Shown one piece after another: positions 1 through 10,211 of a stretch of 64,000 bases of DNA. The DNA is from a virus (lineage: Duplodnaviria; Caudoviricetes): positions 64,001 to 128,000 of IMG/VR virus record IMGVR_UViG_2974511964_000001. One strand, 5' to 3'. The position numbers were made by a program, and so were the translations under genes. The notes beneath the pieces were generated by a model that worked only from the letters and a program-made list of their open reading frames with translations, did no database searches and was not told the DNA's origin. Every line of letters starts with the position of its first letter. The stretch's first letter is position 1.

Positions 1-1
1 G

Positions 2-1710
2 GAAGACTTTAGTAGAGTTAAACAAATATTTACTAACATTTTAGGGTTACCCCCATTGTCTAAGCCTAAATATAATATTGTAGCAGTCGATACCGAAACT
101 AATACACTGGAAACTAACAACAAGGGTGCTAAGCCTATTATTCTATCATTGTCATGGGAAGAGCACCAAGGAGTATGTATCCCTCTAAAGCATGATTTAG
201 TCCCAGATTTATGGACAGATGAACAGTTTAACCAAATAAAACAGTGGATACTAGATTTATTTGAAGCGGACCAGTGGAAGGTTCTACACAATGGGAAATA
301 TGATATCAAGATGTTTATGGATACTTATGGGCTAAAACATGCTCGCAAGTGTGTGGATACCTTAATCATGTTCTGGATTAGCGTTATCGAAGAAAGCACA
401 GTCAGCAAAGGGTTGAAGGATTTAGCTTGGTTATATACGGATATGGGTGGTTATGAAGAACCACTAGATGAATTTAAAGAATCCTATGTACAAAAGGATT
501 ATGACCGTTGGTATAAGGAAGAGGAGCAGCGATTAATTGATGAGGCTAAAGCTAATCCATTAAAAACAGGTAAGCCTCGCAAGCCTAAATTACCAGCCAA
601 GTCGAATTACCCCGGATTAGTTAACAAAGTGGATGGTAGCAAGTTTAACTATGAATGGATTCCATTAGAAATTATTTACCCGTATGCTGCCGGTGACACT
701 GATGCTTGTTTACGGATTTATAATCAGTTGTTTAAGAAGGTTAAAACTAATCCTAATTGGGTAAACTTAGTGTTCAATGTGTATCCTAAGCTAGATGATG
801 CCTTATGCCATATGGAACATAACGGTTTACAAATTGACAATAACAAGGCCAAAGAGCTGGCTAAGGCTTATGGTGACCGTAAAGAAAACACCTTGAATGC
901 TATTCATAAGATAGTTCCAGAGATTAAGCAGGTAGAGCAAGAGAGAATTGATAACCTAGCTAAGCGAGCTAAACTAATGGCAAGTGTTAAGCCTAAGGAT
1001 AGAACTGAGGAAGATAAAGCTTTCATCAAAGAGGCTGGTAAGTACAACGGTAACAACCCTAAGACTGGTGAGCCAAAGTATAAAGTTAATTTAGACTCGA
1101 ATAATGACCTCGGATATATTCTGTATGAAGTATTGGGGTATACCTTACCACCAGAACCAAACTTTCTAACTGATACTACTGTTAAGCACCGTATTCCACA
1201 AGATAAGCTAACTTATAAAAACTATCGAGTTAATATCGAGGCTATTGAGTATATTCGTGATAACTATGATAAGAAGCTAGGTGAGTTGCTAGTAACGTAT
1301 AGTAAGACTGTTACTGCCTTGTCAGGTTTTGTGCTTAAGTTACCAGCATTACAAGACCCTAATGGGAGAATCCATACTAGGTTTAACCCAACTGGTACAG
1401 TTACAAGCCGCCTTAGCTCGTCAGGAAATTTTAATGCTCAGAACCTTACTAGGCCAGAAACAGACCCCCGCAAGTTTAATCATAAGTATTCAGTTAAGTC
1501 AATGATTCATTCCCGTTTTAAGGGTGGTGTTATTGCCAATATTGACTTTAAATCACTGGAAGTATATGTAATGGCACTTATCTCTAAAGACCGCTCCTTA
1601 ACGCAAACATTACTAGATAATAAAGATGTTCATAAGCATAATGCTAGTGTTGCCTATGGTATACCGGAAGAGGATGTAACTAAGGATTTACGAACGAAAG
1701 CAAAAGCCGT
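2..1710 (+). CDS. polA: DNA polymerase family A, exon 1 (5'-partial; 3'-5' exonuclease, motif A, start of motif B)
   Basis: Frame is open from the window start. ExoI VAVDTET, ExoII HNGKYD, ExoIII YAAGDTD, TGTVTSRLSS, motif A NIDFKSLE; ends at RTKAKAV of motif B. Confidence 0.95.
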
Positions 1711-2858
1711 AGACTAAGTTGCGGCGTACCCCAGCGATGGGATATGGAAAACCTGTTGAAGTCGGGCATGGCTAAAGTAAGATAAAAATACCCAACCTCT
1801 GAAAAGAGGACGAGAAAGCCGATAAGAGAGCCTACGTCCATGCTAGTGGATAGTGGTAATCCCGAGCCAAGAATCTATTTATCTCTGCTGATTGAAAGGG
1901 CGGAGTAAGATAATATGAACTATCATAACTTAAAAATACTAATTAAAGACAATAATAAGTATGCTAAGAGTTTAAACAATAAATTGCATAATCTGCAAAA
2001 AAGAGTAGTTGATAAATGTACTAATCCTAATAATAAGAAATATCATGTTTACGGTGGCCGAGGAGTCTCTTATGACCCAAACTGGAATGACCCAGAAAAT
2101 TTTGTTAGAGACGCCCTATCAATAGATGGTTTTAATACTATGGAGTTCTTAAAAGGGAACCTACAGCTCGATAAGGATTGTAAAGACCCAAATGGTAAAA
2201 TGTATAATAAGAACTTATGTACTTGGCTATCTAATAATGAAAACGAGAAAGTAAAGCCATCGAGATGGAAGGACTACCATGCTTATTGTTATGACAAAGA
2301 AACGCTTTACAATTTTAATGAAATAACAAAAGCAACTGACTCACTGGGAATAAATAGAACTGCAATTAATAGAGCATTAGCTAGAAACTCTAGTGAGAAC
2401 CGTAAACTTACCCCTACAACAACAATGGGGTGGATATTCTGGGAAGGTAATAATAAACCCTCTAGATTTAAGGAGTATAGCGCTAGTAATATTGATGGTA
2501 CTATCAGGGTAAAGTCTTTAACCCAGAGCAAGGTAGAAAAACTATTAGGAATCGGTGGGTCTAAGTTTCATAAGATGTTAAAATCTGGTAAGAGTAAATG
2601 CTTGTATAAAAACAAGTTTGTACTGGAAATTTCTAATGTTGACCTAGACAAGCCGAAATATATTGTTAATTTTTAGTGGATGATAGATAGATTAAGGTGT
2701 AGAGACTATCGAAACGGTAAGCTAATATTACAGGTATTAGCTGAGAACGGAGTAGAGTACACATGCAAATGTGGAAGTGGCAGGGTTCTTATAGTAACGT
2801 ATAAGAATAGGATATAGTCCATGGTAACTTAAATAGGTGAAAACTAATCGTTACCATA
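1711..2858 (+). ncRNA. Group I self-splicing intron (IA-like) in polA motif B
   Basis: P1 GCCGU/GCGGC with U1710.G1721 wobble; Q-like GGTAATCCCGAGCCAAG (~1855-1871); P7 GAGACTA (~2702) with GATATAGTCC (~2811); P9 ATGGTAAC/GTTACCAT; P10 AAGTT/AACTT. Splicing restores KAVTFGLLYG. Confidence 0.9.
1915..2676 (+). CDS. Intron-encoded HNH-type homing endonuclease
   Basis: YGGRGV..W...F, LQLDKD...Y...C.W....N motifs, plus a C-terminal NUMOD1-like segment; lies in the intron loop closed by AATCTATTTATC/GATAGATAGATT. Confidence 0.8.
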   Translation: MNYHNLKILIKDNNKYAKSLNNKLHNLQKRVVDKCTNPNNKKYHVYGGRGVSYDPNWNDPENFVRDALSIDGFNTMEFLKGNLQLDKDCKDPNGKMYNKNLCTWLSNNENEKVKPSRWKDYHAYCYDKETLYNFNEITKATDSLGINRTAINRALARNSSENRKLTPTTTMGWIFWEGNNKPSRFKEYSASNIDGTIRVKSLTQSKVEKLLGIGGSKFHKMLKSGKSKCLYKNKFVLEISNVDLDKPKYIVNF

Positions 2859-3618
2859 AACTTTTGGCTTATTATATGGTGAGTCTGCCAGCGGTATGGC
2901 TACTAAGCAAGGTATCAGCATAGATGAAGCACAAGAAACAATTGACAAGATTCTAGGAGCTATGCCGGGGGTTAGAGACTTTATTGAACGAACACACGAA
3001 GAAGCTAAACGTAACTATTATGTAGAGACTATGGTTGGCTTTAGACGGCGTTTAGGTGACTTAAAGAGTAATGACCGTGGGAAGTCATCACGAGCACTTA
3101 GGCAGTCAGTCAATGCTATCATTCAAGGTTCTGGTTCTAGTTTGCTAGTATTAGGGTTAATTAAGGCTAGAGAGCTATTTGAGAAATATCATATGAAGTC
3201 AGTCTTAGCCATCACTGTTCATGACTCCATTGTAATTGACTGTCATCCAGATGAAGTGGCTAAGGCAATTGAGATTGTTAAGTGGAGCATGGAGCATGTA
3301 GACTTACCTATCTTAGTTAATAATGATGCTACTGGTTATAATGTGCCAGAACAGTATCAGTTACCAGACAATAAGTTTAGATTCCCACTTAGAGCCGAAC
3401 CAGAAGTAGGATTAAATTACAATGACGATGTTGACTTTGACCTAGAGGACTATAAGAAGTTCGCTAGTGCCTATGGGTATTGCCAATATAACTATGCAAT
3501 GACTAAGCTAAACCAGTTAATTGAATACGAAGTTGAACCAGAAGAGGAAGTCAACAAGAAGAAGGCTAAACTTGAAGAAGCTAAGCCAGTATTTGAAAGG
3601 CTACAATATGAAGGATGA
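2859..3618 (+). CDS. polA: DNA polymerase family A, exon 2
   Basis: TFGLLYG (motif B), YVETMVGFRRRL, RQSVNAIIQGS, motif C VHDSI. Confidence 0.95.
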
Positions 3619-3772
3619 TAACCAGTTAGAAGAAGTCAACAAAGTTATGAAAAAGTTTTATCGAGAGCACAAGCATGAGCTTGACAAAAAGTATGAGGAA
3701 TTAAAGGCATACAATGATGCTCACTATGAAGAATTTATTAATAAGCTAAAGTCGGAAATTAATAAAAAATAA
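3608..3772 (+). CDS. Small hypothetical protein
   Basis: ATG overlapping the polA end, SD-like GAAAGG upstream. Confidence 0.5.
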   Translation: MKDDNQLEEVNKVMKKFYREHKHELDKKYEELKAYNDAHYEEFINKLKSEINKK

Positions 3773-3776
3773 TGTG

Positions 3777-3815
3777 TTGACAAAGGATACCAGACATGGT
3801 ATCCTTTTATTATAG
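3777..3815 (+). promoter_or_regulatory. Hairpin sigmaA-type promoter cassette, copy 1
   Basis: TTGACA-17-TATCCT with extended TG; inverted repeat AAAGGATACC/GGTATCCTTT followed by a T-run. Confidence 0.8.
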
Positions 3816-3838
3816 AAAAAGAAAGAAGGATATTAATT

Positions 3839-4249
3839 ATGAGTTATTCAGAAGCAATGGCTAAACATTATCAAGATAAACGGAAAGATATTAATACTAA
3901 TTATCAATTAGAGGATGCAACTACTTATCTTTTCAAGAAGGGAGTAACTGTTTATTCTAAAATTAAGCTTGATAGCAATATCTTTGGTCGGGTAAAAGAA
4001 ATCATAAGAAAAAACGACAATGATTGTGATTACTTTATTGATTCCCCTATCTATTCAGATGAATTTATGAAGGAACGTAATAAGGAAATTGCTAGTGCTG
4101 AAACAGTTGATGAATTAGTAGCTTACCTAGATGACCTTGATGAAAGTATCAAAGTTATCAGGGCAGATGATTATGTGGAAAAAGGATTAGGACTTGAACA
4201 ACAGGTAGCAAGTGACGGGATTCATCTAAAGACATATCTTTACATTTAA
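3839..4249 (+). CDS. Hypothetical protein
   Basis: ORF with SD GAAGGA, downstream of the promoter. Confidence 0.75.
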   Translation: MSYSEAMAKHYQDKRKDINTNYQLEDATTYLFKKGVTVYSKIKLDSNIFGRVKEIIRKNDNDCDYFIDSPIYSDEFMKERNKEIASAETVDELVAYLDDLDESIKVIRADDYVEKGLGLEQQVASDGIHLKTYLYI

Positions 4250-4261
4250 GGAGGCTCTACC

Positions 4262-4750
4262 ATGACAGTGGCTAATAAGCTTAAGTATAATAATGAGCTA
4301 GAAGGTATCTATGAATACGCTGATAAAGTGCTAGATGGTTGGTTACAGTTTAACTATAGTCTCATGGAAGAAAGGCTAGCCAGTAAGCTAAACAAGTTCT
4401 TTGATGGAGTAGGAAAAGGCCATTTTGAAGATGTTATGGGACATGACTCTGATGAGGATGTATTGCCAATTGACATCACTGTGGACCAGGTAGCTTACCT
4501 AGCTCAGCGAGTAATTATTATAATGAATGACAGTAGCAATGTATTTGCCGCCCTAAATAATATTGTACCAGCTAGAAATATCAAGATATATGACAACTTA
4601 TTTGGTACCTATGTATCAATTGATGCTGTCAATAAGCCAATGAATTATTATCGAGGCATCTATGGAAGCATTCAAGAATTTTTAGATGATTACCATGGTA
4701 TGACAGAAACAAATTTACTTGGAGGTGACAAAGTTGGACAAAACTTATAG
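4262..4750 (+). CDS. Hypothetical protein
   Basis: ORF with SD AAGGAGG. Confidence 0.8.
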   Translation: MTVANKLKYNNELEGIYEYADKVLDGWLQFNYSLMEERLASKLNKFFDGVGKGHFEDVMGHDSDEDVLPIDITVDQVAYLAQRVIIIMNDSSNVFAALNNIVPARNIKIYDNLFGTYVSIDAVNKPMNYYRGIYGSIQEFLDDYHGMTETNLLGGDKVGQNL

Positions 4751-5339
4751 CAAACAGTTAGATGAATTTAAGCGTCTTCACCATGAATTGTCTGAGACCA
4801 TTAATAAATTCAATGAATCATTTAATAAGATTGAGGAATTAATTGATGAAATTTCTAAACGGGAGTTTGGCCTAGAGCTACCTGAGGTTAATTATGAGGA
4901 AGATAAGTACGACCCAGTACCTTGTGATGATACCGATGTTAGCGGAATTAGTATTCGGTTGACTAATGTTAATACTGGGAAGTCAGCAACCTATAGTTCG
5001 CTAGCAAAAGCTGCCAATATGAATCATATTTCTGTTAGTGCAATTAGCATTGCTAGTCGTAAGGGGAGTTTAATCTATGGTGTACTAAAGGTTGAGCGTT
5101 TAAAGGAAAAACCGTTGACGACTAATAATATGCGAAGAGTTTCGGTGTATGATGGAGATACTAATAAGGTATATAGTTCTGTTTTAGAGGCTAGTCAAGA
5201 GGTAGGAGTTAACTACTCAGATTTTTCTACCGCATTAAGCTATGGTGAGATTACAAACAAGTATGGTCATCACTACCAGATTAAACGATTAGATGAACGC
5301 AAAGACGAAAATCATAGCATTGAGTTACCTAAGATTTGA
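4719..5339 (+). CDS. Coiled-coil protein with two NUMOD1/IENR1-like DNA-binding repeats
   Basis: YSSLAKAA and VYSSVLEASQEVGV repeats; no nuclease motif. True start is probably TTG at ~4734 after GGAGG. Confidence 0.6.
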   Translation: MEVTKLDKTYSKQLDEFKRLHHELSETINKFNESFNKIEELIDEISKREFGLELPEVNYEEDKYDPVPCDDTDVSGISIRLTNVNTGKSATYSSLAKAANMNHISVSAISIASRKGSLIYGVLKVERLKEKPLTTNNMRRVSVYDGDTNKVYSSVLEASQEVGVNYSDFSTALSYGEITNKYGHHYQIKRLDERKDENHSIELPKI

Positions 5340-5354
5340 AGGTGGTGATAACTA

Positions 5355-5846
5355 ATGGCAATTGACATTACTAATATTGGGGAGATTGAAGAAATTTCTT
5401 ATCGTAACCAGAGAGGCGAAATTGTAACTATTGACCCCAAAAAGTTGTTAGGATTCAATCGTAATAACTTACCATTTGAAAGCCAAGCTAACACCTATTT
5501 TCTAGTAGCTAGATTAGCTGAACTAGCAAAATTAAAGGTTGAAAACTTAAAAGTTGACCAACGAAAACTAGAGGGTGAACTATATGCTAAGTATGCTAAT
5601 GATGATGGTTTAAAAGCGACAAATAATGGGCGTAAACCCACAGAGGGAACTATTAGCCATATGATAGATAGTGATGAGAGCATGGTAGAACTTAGCAAGA
5701 AGCTTAACAATAACAACTATAAGGCTCAGCTACTTAATCGTCTAGTAAAGGCGTTTGAACAACGTAAAGACCTAATGCAATCACTTTCTGCACAAATGAG
5801 ACAAGAAAATTCATTTGGTGTACCAAGTAATCCTGATAAACAGTAA
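5355..5846 (+). CDS. UvsY-like recombination mediator
   Basis: Helical protein with KPTEGTI and AFEQRKDLMQSL; conserved position upstream of SSB and UvsX in Herelleviridae. Confidence 0.65.
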   Translation: MAIDITNIGEIEEISYRNQRGEIVTIDPKKLLGFNRNNLPFESQANTYFLVARLAELAKLKVENLKVDQRKLEGELYAKYANDDGLKATNNGRKPTEGTISHMIDSDESMVELSKKLNNNNYKAQLLNRLVKAFEQRKDLMQSLSAQMRQENSFGVPSNPDKQ

Positions 5847-5916
5847 TTCTACGAAAAAGTGGGATTTTTGGCATCTCGTGTTATAATGTATATATTAAGA
5901 AATGAGGTAATTAATA

Positions 5917-7149
5917 ATGGACTTTAGTAAGAAACTCCAAGCTGAATTGAATAAAGCTAACAATGAAGGTGGCAGTAACAATCGTGATAATGGCCCACAA
6001 CGTAAGAGTAAGCAGGTATTTGTAAATGGTAAGAATGGGTTATTTGCTCGTATTTTACCATTGGGTGATAAGTGGTTCGCAGTTACTACTAAACGAGTAC
6101 AAATGACCTTGCCTAAGACTAACGGCGAATATACAATGAGCCCTATCTTAGATATGGATAACAAAGACGATAAGTTAGCACAACTTATTAAGAAGGTACA
6201 ACATTTTAACTATGAATATCGTGACTCGCATGATGTTGATAGCACATATGATGCTATTGGCTTAAACAAGCAACCTTATGGTGGTGGTGAACCAAATACT
6301 AGAGTACAAACACGTGTCGAATTTGTCGGTATCCAGATGGTAACTGATGCCAATGGTAACGTAACTATGGAAGCCGGCCCTAACGGACCAATCATTCGTA
6401 ACTTTTCAGCATCAGGGGCTGTGTATAATAGTTTACTTGACATCATGGCTGATAAGACTTATAAGGTTAATGGGCAACCATTTGCAGACTCCTTAGGGTT
6501 TGTATCTGCCCGTGATACGTTCCCGGTACAAGCAAAGTTGCATGGTAATCAATGGAGCGTCAATCCACGTCCAGACATTATTGTACCAACTATGAATTAT
6601 AACTACTTGGAAAAAGATGTTAGTGGTGAAGACTATAAATACTTCGATGACCCATACCGGTTTAATCAACCATTGATGGTAGCCAACCCAGACTTCTACG
6701 AACGTGTTCTCGGCCAAGTTCAGGATATTGTAGCTAAGCGTATGCTTGAATTGAAGAACCAAGATGCAGGTTATGCTGGCAATCCTTATTTACAATCAGG
6801 TTCAGAAGATAGCCAAGCATCAAATTCACCAGAACCAGACACCACTAAAACTGCTAGTGCCTATCCAGAACCATGGGCGGTATCGGGTGGAGTTCCAGAA
6901 AACCCGGGTAAGGTAGATTTAAATGAAGACAGTACCCCAGAATCACAGGTAGTTAACCAAGGATATGCTCCACAAGGCTCTCAGACAGCACCACAAGCTC
7001 AAGAATCAGCTAATACCCAGCCACAGGTACAAACACCTCAGGCAAGCCAAGAATCAAATGACAAGGCAACTAGTGCTTCTACTGATATGGGTAATGGCAT
7101 GGAAGCTGACAATAACGTTGACGACTTATTATCTAGTTTAGGATTATAA
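5917..7149 (+). CDS. Single-stranded DNA-binding protein (Herelleviridae type)
   Basis: ARILP motif, long low-complexity linker, acidic tail VDDLLSSLGL; synteny. Confidence 0.65.
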   Translation: MDFSKKLQAELNKANNEGGSNNRDNGPQRKSKQVFVNGKNGLFARILPLGDKWFAVTTKRVQMTLPKTNGEYTMSPILDMDNKDDKLAQLIKKVQHFNYEYRDSHDVDSTYDAIGLNKQPYGGGEPNTRVQTRVEFVGIQMVTDANGNVTMEAGPNGPIIRNFSASGAVYNSLLDIMADKTYKVNGQPFADSLGFVSARDTFPVQAKLHGNQWSVNPRPDIIVPTMNYNYLEKDVSGEDYKYFDDPYRFNQPLMVANPDFYERVLGQVQDIVAKRMLELKNQDAGYAGNPYLQSGSEDSQASNSPEPDTTKTASAYPEPWAVSGGVPENPGKVDLNEDSTPESQVVNQGYAPQGSQTAPQAQESANTQPQVQTPQASQESNDKATSASTDMGNGMEADNNVDDLLSSLGL

Positions 7150-7159
7150 TAGGGGGTAA

Positions 7160-8410
7160 TTGATTAATATGACGAAGGCTACTAAAGAAAGTTATACTGA
7201 TGAATTAGGGTCTTTGTTTGGAGATTTAGCTAAGGATGATGACTCCTTAGCTACTTTTTCAGATAACGACCTAGGAGAAACTAAGGATTGGGTACCCACT
7301 TTAATTCCGGCGCTAGATAAAAACTTAGTAGCCGGTATCCCAGCCAGTGGTGAAATTTCTGAAATATTTGGGGGACCTAGCGCCGGAAAATCAACCTTTG
7401 CTGGTTTAATTATGCACAATGCTCAAAAGATGGGTATTGTACCAATTTATTTTGACGTTGAAACTACTCAGCGTGCTTCTAGGCTAATGGAATTGGGTGT
7501 AGACCCTAGGTTTGTTTTGACTGTTAAGCCTAAGCGGTTAAAGAATAAAAAGATGATGCCTTTGTATATTGAAGATATTGGTGAAAAGATGATTGATATG
7601 GCCGCTAAAATTCATGACCGTGACAAGAATCTAATTACTATGTTCATTTGGGATTCCGTAGCTATGACTCAGCCAAAGATGGCAGCAGAAGCAGATGCAG
7701 ACCAACAATTGGTGGGACAACAAGCTAAGGCTTTAACAGTCATTGGCCGTAAAATTCAGGTTAATTTAGCTGCAAACAACGGCTTTTTGCTTGCGTTTAA
7801 CCAAGCTAGGGACGATTTTAATGCCCCTAATGCAAAGTATGCACAAGTTAAAACGGTTGGTGGAAAGGGCTGGTACCACTTATTATCAACCCAAATCCTA
7901 TTTAAAAAGAGCACTAAGATTAAAGCCAAATCTTCTGACAAGGAAGCAATTGGTCAGGAAACTCGTGTGTCAGTGCCAAAATCAAAGATTGGGGATAATG
8001 CTACTGATGAGGTAACTGTTGACCTAATTGGGGCGACTGGATTTGATGCTGAACGTAATTTGATTACCTCAGCAAATGACTTGGGATTAGTAGAAGGTTC
8101 AAATTGGATGACCTATGTTACTGATAATGGCGAAAAGATTAAGCTACAAGGAAAGATTGCATGGACTGAATACTTAAAGACAGATGAAGCCAGTGAGGTT
8201 AGAACAGAATTGTGGCAGAAAGTATTACTAACCTACTTTCCAAAGTGCTACCCACCATTGTTTAACTTACACGCTCGGTTGACTGTTGACAAATTCCCAG
8301 AGATTAAAGGGTTACGCAAATATTATTCTGACATTCAGGAACAGCTCCCTGATAATGAGCAGGATTATAATTATCGTACCTATATGAAAGCAGGGTTGCC
8401 ACTTGACTAG
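7160..8410 (+). CDS. recA: UvsX/RecA-like recombinase
   Basis: Walker A GGPSAGKST, FIWDSVA (Walker B), FNQARD, TVGGKG. Confidence 0.92.
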   Translation: MINMTKATKESYTDELGSLFGDLAKDDDSLATFSDNDLGETKDWVPTLIPALDKNLVAGIPASGEISEIFGGPSAGKSTFAGLIMHNAQKMGIVPIYFDVETTQRASRLMELGVDPRFVLTVKPKRLKNKKMMPLYIEDIGEKMIDMAAKIHDRDKNLITMFIWDSVAMTQPKMAAEADADQQLVGQQAKALTVIGRKIQVNLAANNGFLLAFNQARDDFNAPNAKYAQVKTVGGKGWYHLLSTQILFKKSTKIKAKSSDKEAIGQETRVSVPKSKIGDNATDEVTVDLIGATGFDAERNLITSANDLGLVEGSNWMTYVTDNGEKIKLQGKIAWTEYLKTDEASEVRTELWQKVLLTYFPKCYPPLFNLHARLTVDKFPEIKGLRKYYSDIQEQLPDNEQDYNYRTYMKAGLPLD

Positions 8411-8726
8411 AAGAAATGAAGCAGACGTCATTTTAGACGTTATGCAAACGGGTCAGGGGGCTGGTTATTCCCCTAATTATAACCAGAAAGCAATTGTTAA
8501 GGAACGTTTGGGGATTCAGTTAAAAAAACACAAGCGAGTGTTATTGGTATATCAGGATATTTATCGTCCTCAACCAGCAGCAGTGGTTACTATCACTAAG
8601 TTATACGATAACTTTGCTTTAGGATATGTTTATAATAAGCTGAGTGATACAAAGATACCATATACAATCAACTATACTTCTATTATTGCAAAGGATTACA
8701 GAGTAGAATCCGCTTACGAAGAATAA
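8403..8726 (+). CDS. Conserved hypothetical protein between recA and sigma factor
   Basis: IPYTINY motif; syntenic position. Confidence 0.75.
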   Translation: MTRRNEADVILDVMQTGQGAGYSPNYNQKAIVKERLGIQLKKHKRVLLVYQDIYRPQPAAVVTITKLYDNFALGYVYNKLSDTKIPYTINYTSIIAKDYRVESAYEE

Positions 8727-8738
8727 GGAGGGATAACT

Positions 8739-9476
8739 ATCGCTAAGAATATCACCGGTTATAACTCTGACAGTAAAAATGTATTCAATTCTGTGGGTAA
8801 TTATTATGCCCCCAAAGGTGCTTCTAACATAAAGTTTCTTAGAAGTCCTGAAAAATTACTAAAGCAGTATGACAACTTAATAAGGAGCTTAGGTAGAAAG
8901 TATGGACGGTTCCTATCATCGGAGGCCGACCGTCAAGAGCTATATTCATTCATTCAAGATGCCTTTATCTCGTTAGTAAAAGAATACGATATCAGTAGCG
9001 AAGTAGACTTTCCGGGTTATATTGTTAAGATGCTGGAGTTCAGAGTTAGTCAATCTTATGCAAAACCTGAGCAAGAGCGTAGAGACCATATCAGCCCCCT
9101 AAAGAAAGAAACCACCACTATTGAGGGTATTATTAATAGCAAGCAAATATCTGGAGACACAACTTCTATAGGGTTCAAAGGCAATGATGTTAAGAACAAA
9201 GATGGTGATATCACCCCAAAAGCTATCAGGTCTGTTGTCCATGTTCCTAGAGACAACGAGATTGATAGTACTCTGATGGAATTAATTGATGATTTAAGCA
9301 CCAGAGCACGCCTAAGCCCGATTAAGGTTGCTTTAGTAAAAGAATTTTATGAAAATGACCCCGGTGTAATAAGGGCTAAGGAGAATGTAGCCAAGCAATT
9401 AAACGTTCCTATCAGTGATGTTAAGAAAGAGTATGCAGAGCTAAAGGAATATTTAGAAATAACATACTATGATTAA
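8739..9476 (+). CDS. Phage RNA polymerase sigma factor (probable non-AUG start)
   Basis: Region-2-like QELYSFIQDAFISLVKEYD..SEVDFPGYI and a C-terminal HTH. SD AAGGAGGG sits before an in-frame ATC at 8739. Confidence 0.8.
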   Translation: MAKNITGYNSDSKNVFNSVGNYYAPKGASNIKFLRSPEKLLKQYDNLIRSLGRKYGRFLSSEADRQELYSFIQDAFISLVKEYDISSEVDFPGYIVKMLEFRVSQSYAKPEQERRDHISPLKKETTTIEGIINSKQISGDTTSIGFKGNDVKNKDGDITPKAIRSVVHVPRDNEIDSTLMELIDDLSTRARLSPIKVALVKEFYENDPGVIRAKENVAKQLNVPISDVKKEYAELKEYLEITYYD

Positions 9477-9556
9477 CATATTTGGTAACCCTTATATTAC
9501 TAGGTGTAAGGATAAGTAATATAATAAATTTAGGCACGAAGAGGAGATAATCTACT

Positions 9557-10063
9557 ATGGATTTAAAAGATACGACTATGGCAAACCTAGACGGTAAATT
9601 TATCGTCAATAACTACCCATCAGCGAGTGCTGATGTATACTTTGATGAGGGTGCAGGCCCAATTGTTTTGGCAGTTAAGTCAAACAAGGTTTATCAGGTA
9701 GGGTTAACTAAGAAAGACTTGCAAGATGTTACCAAGGGTAAGTTGATTGCTACTGTTGACGACAGTAAGAAGGAAATTTCATGGGTTCAATATCATCATA
9801 AGGACAACCTGTATGATACCTATAATGGTGTTAGGGTAAGCGGATATGATGGTGCTGATGCGGGTGTTCCTTTAATTCAGGCTATTGGCCTATTCTTTAA
9901 AGGAATCAATGTAACTGCTTATGACCCTTATATTCTAAGCTTAGACGAAATTCTAAATGCTGTTTATAATGCTGATGGTTCTAAGGCAGCTGCAACTACG
10001 ACAACCACAACTACTAAAAAGGTAGCCCCAACTACAACCACTACAACTACAGCGAGCAAATGA
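9557..10063 (+). CDS. Putative virion protein with poly-Thr C-terminus
   Basis: SD GAGGAG; tail AAATTTTTTTKKVAPTTTTTTTASK; position after the sigma factor, where relatives carry virion/Ig-like genes. Confidence 0.65.
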   Translation: MDLKDTTMANLDGKFIVNNYPSASADVYFDEGAGPIVLAVKSNKVYQVGLTKKDLQDVTKGKLIATVDDSKKEISWVQYHHKDNLYDTYNGVRVSGYDGADAGVPLIQAIGLFFKGINVTAYDPYILSLDEILNAVYNADGSKAAATTTTTTTKKVAPTTTTTTTASK

Positions 10064-10211
10064 TAACCCTGATGGGGGCCCATTTAAGATTTCTAAATCT
10101 TCTGTTTCGAGAGCATATATTAGCCCATCTTTAGTGGGCAGTGTAAAAACAACAGAAGGCTCAGCAACAATTAATGTCACACTAGAATAATTATTAAGGA
10201 GAGAATTGTTT

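Noticed and set aside
1711-2858. Intein or simple gene split in polA
   Set aside because: In-frame stops and clear group I P1/P7/P9/P10 elements indicate an RNA intron.
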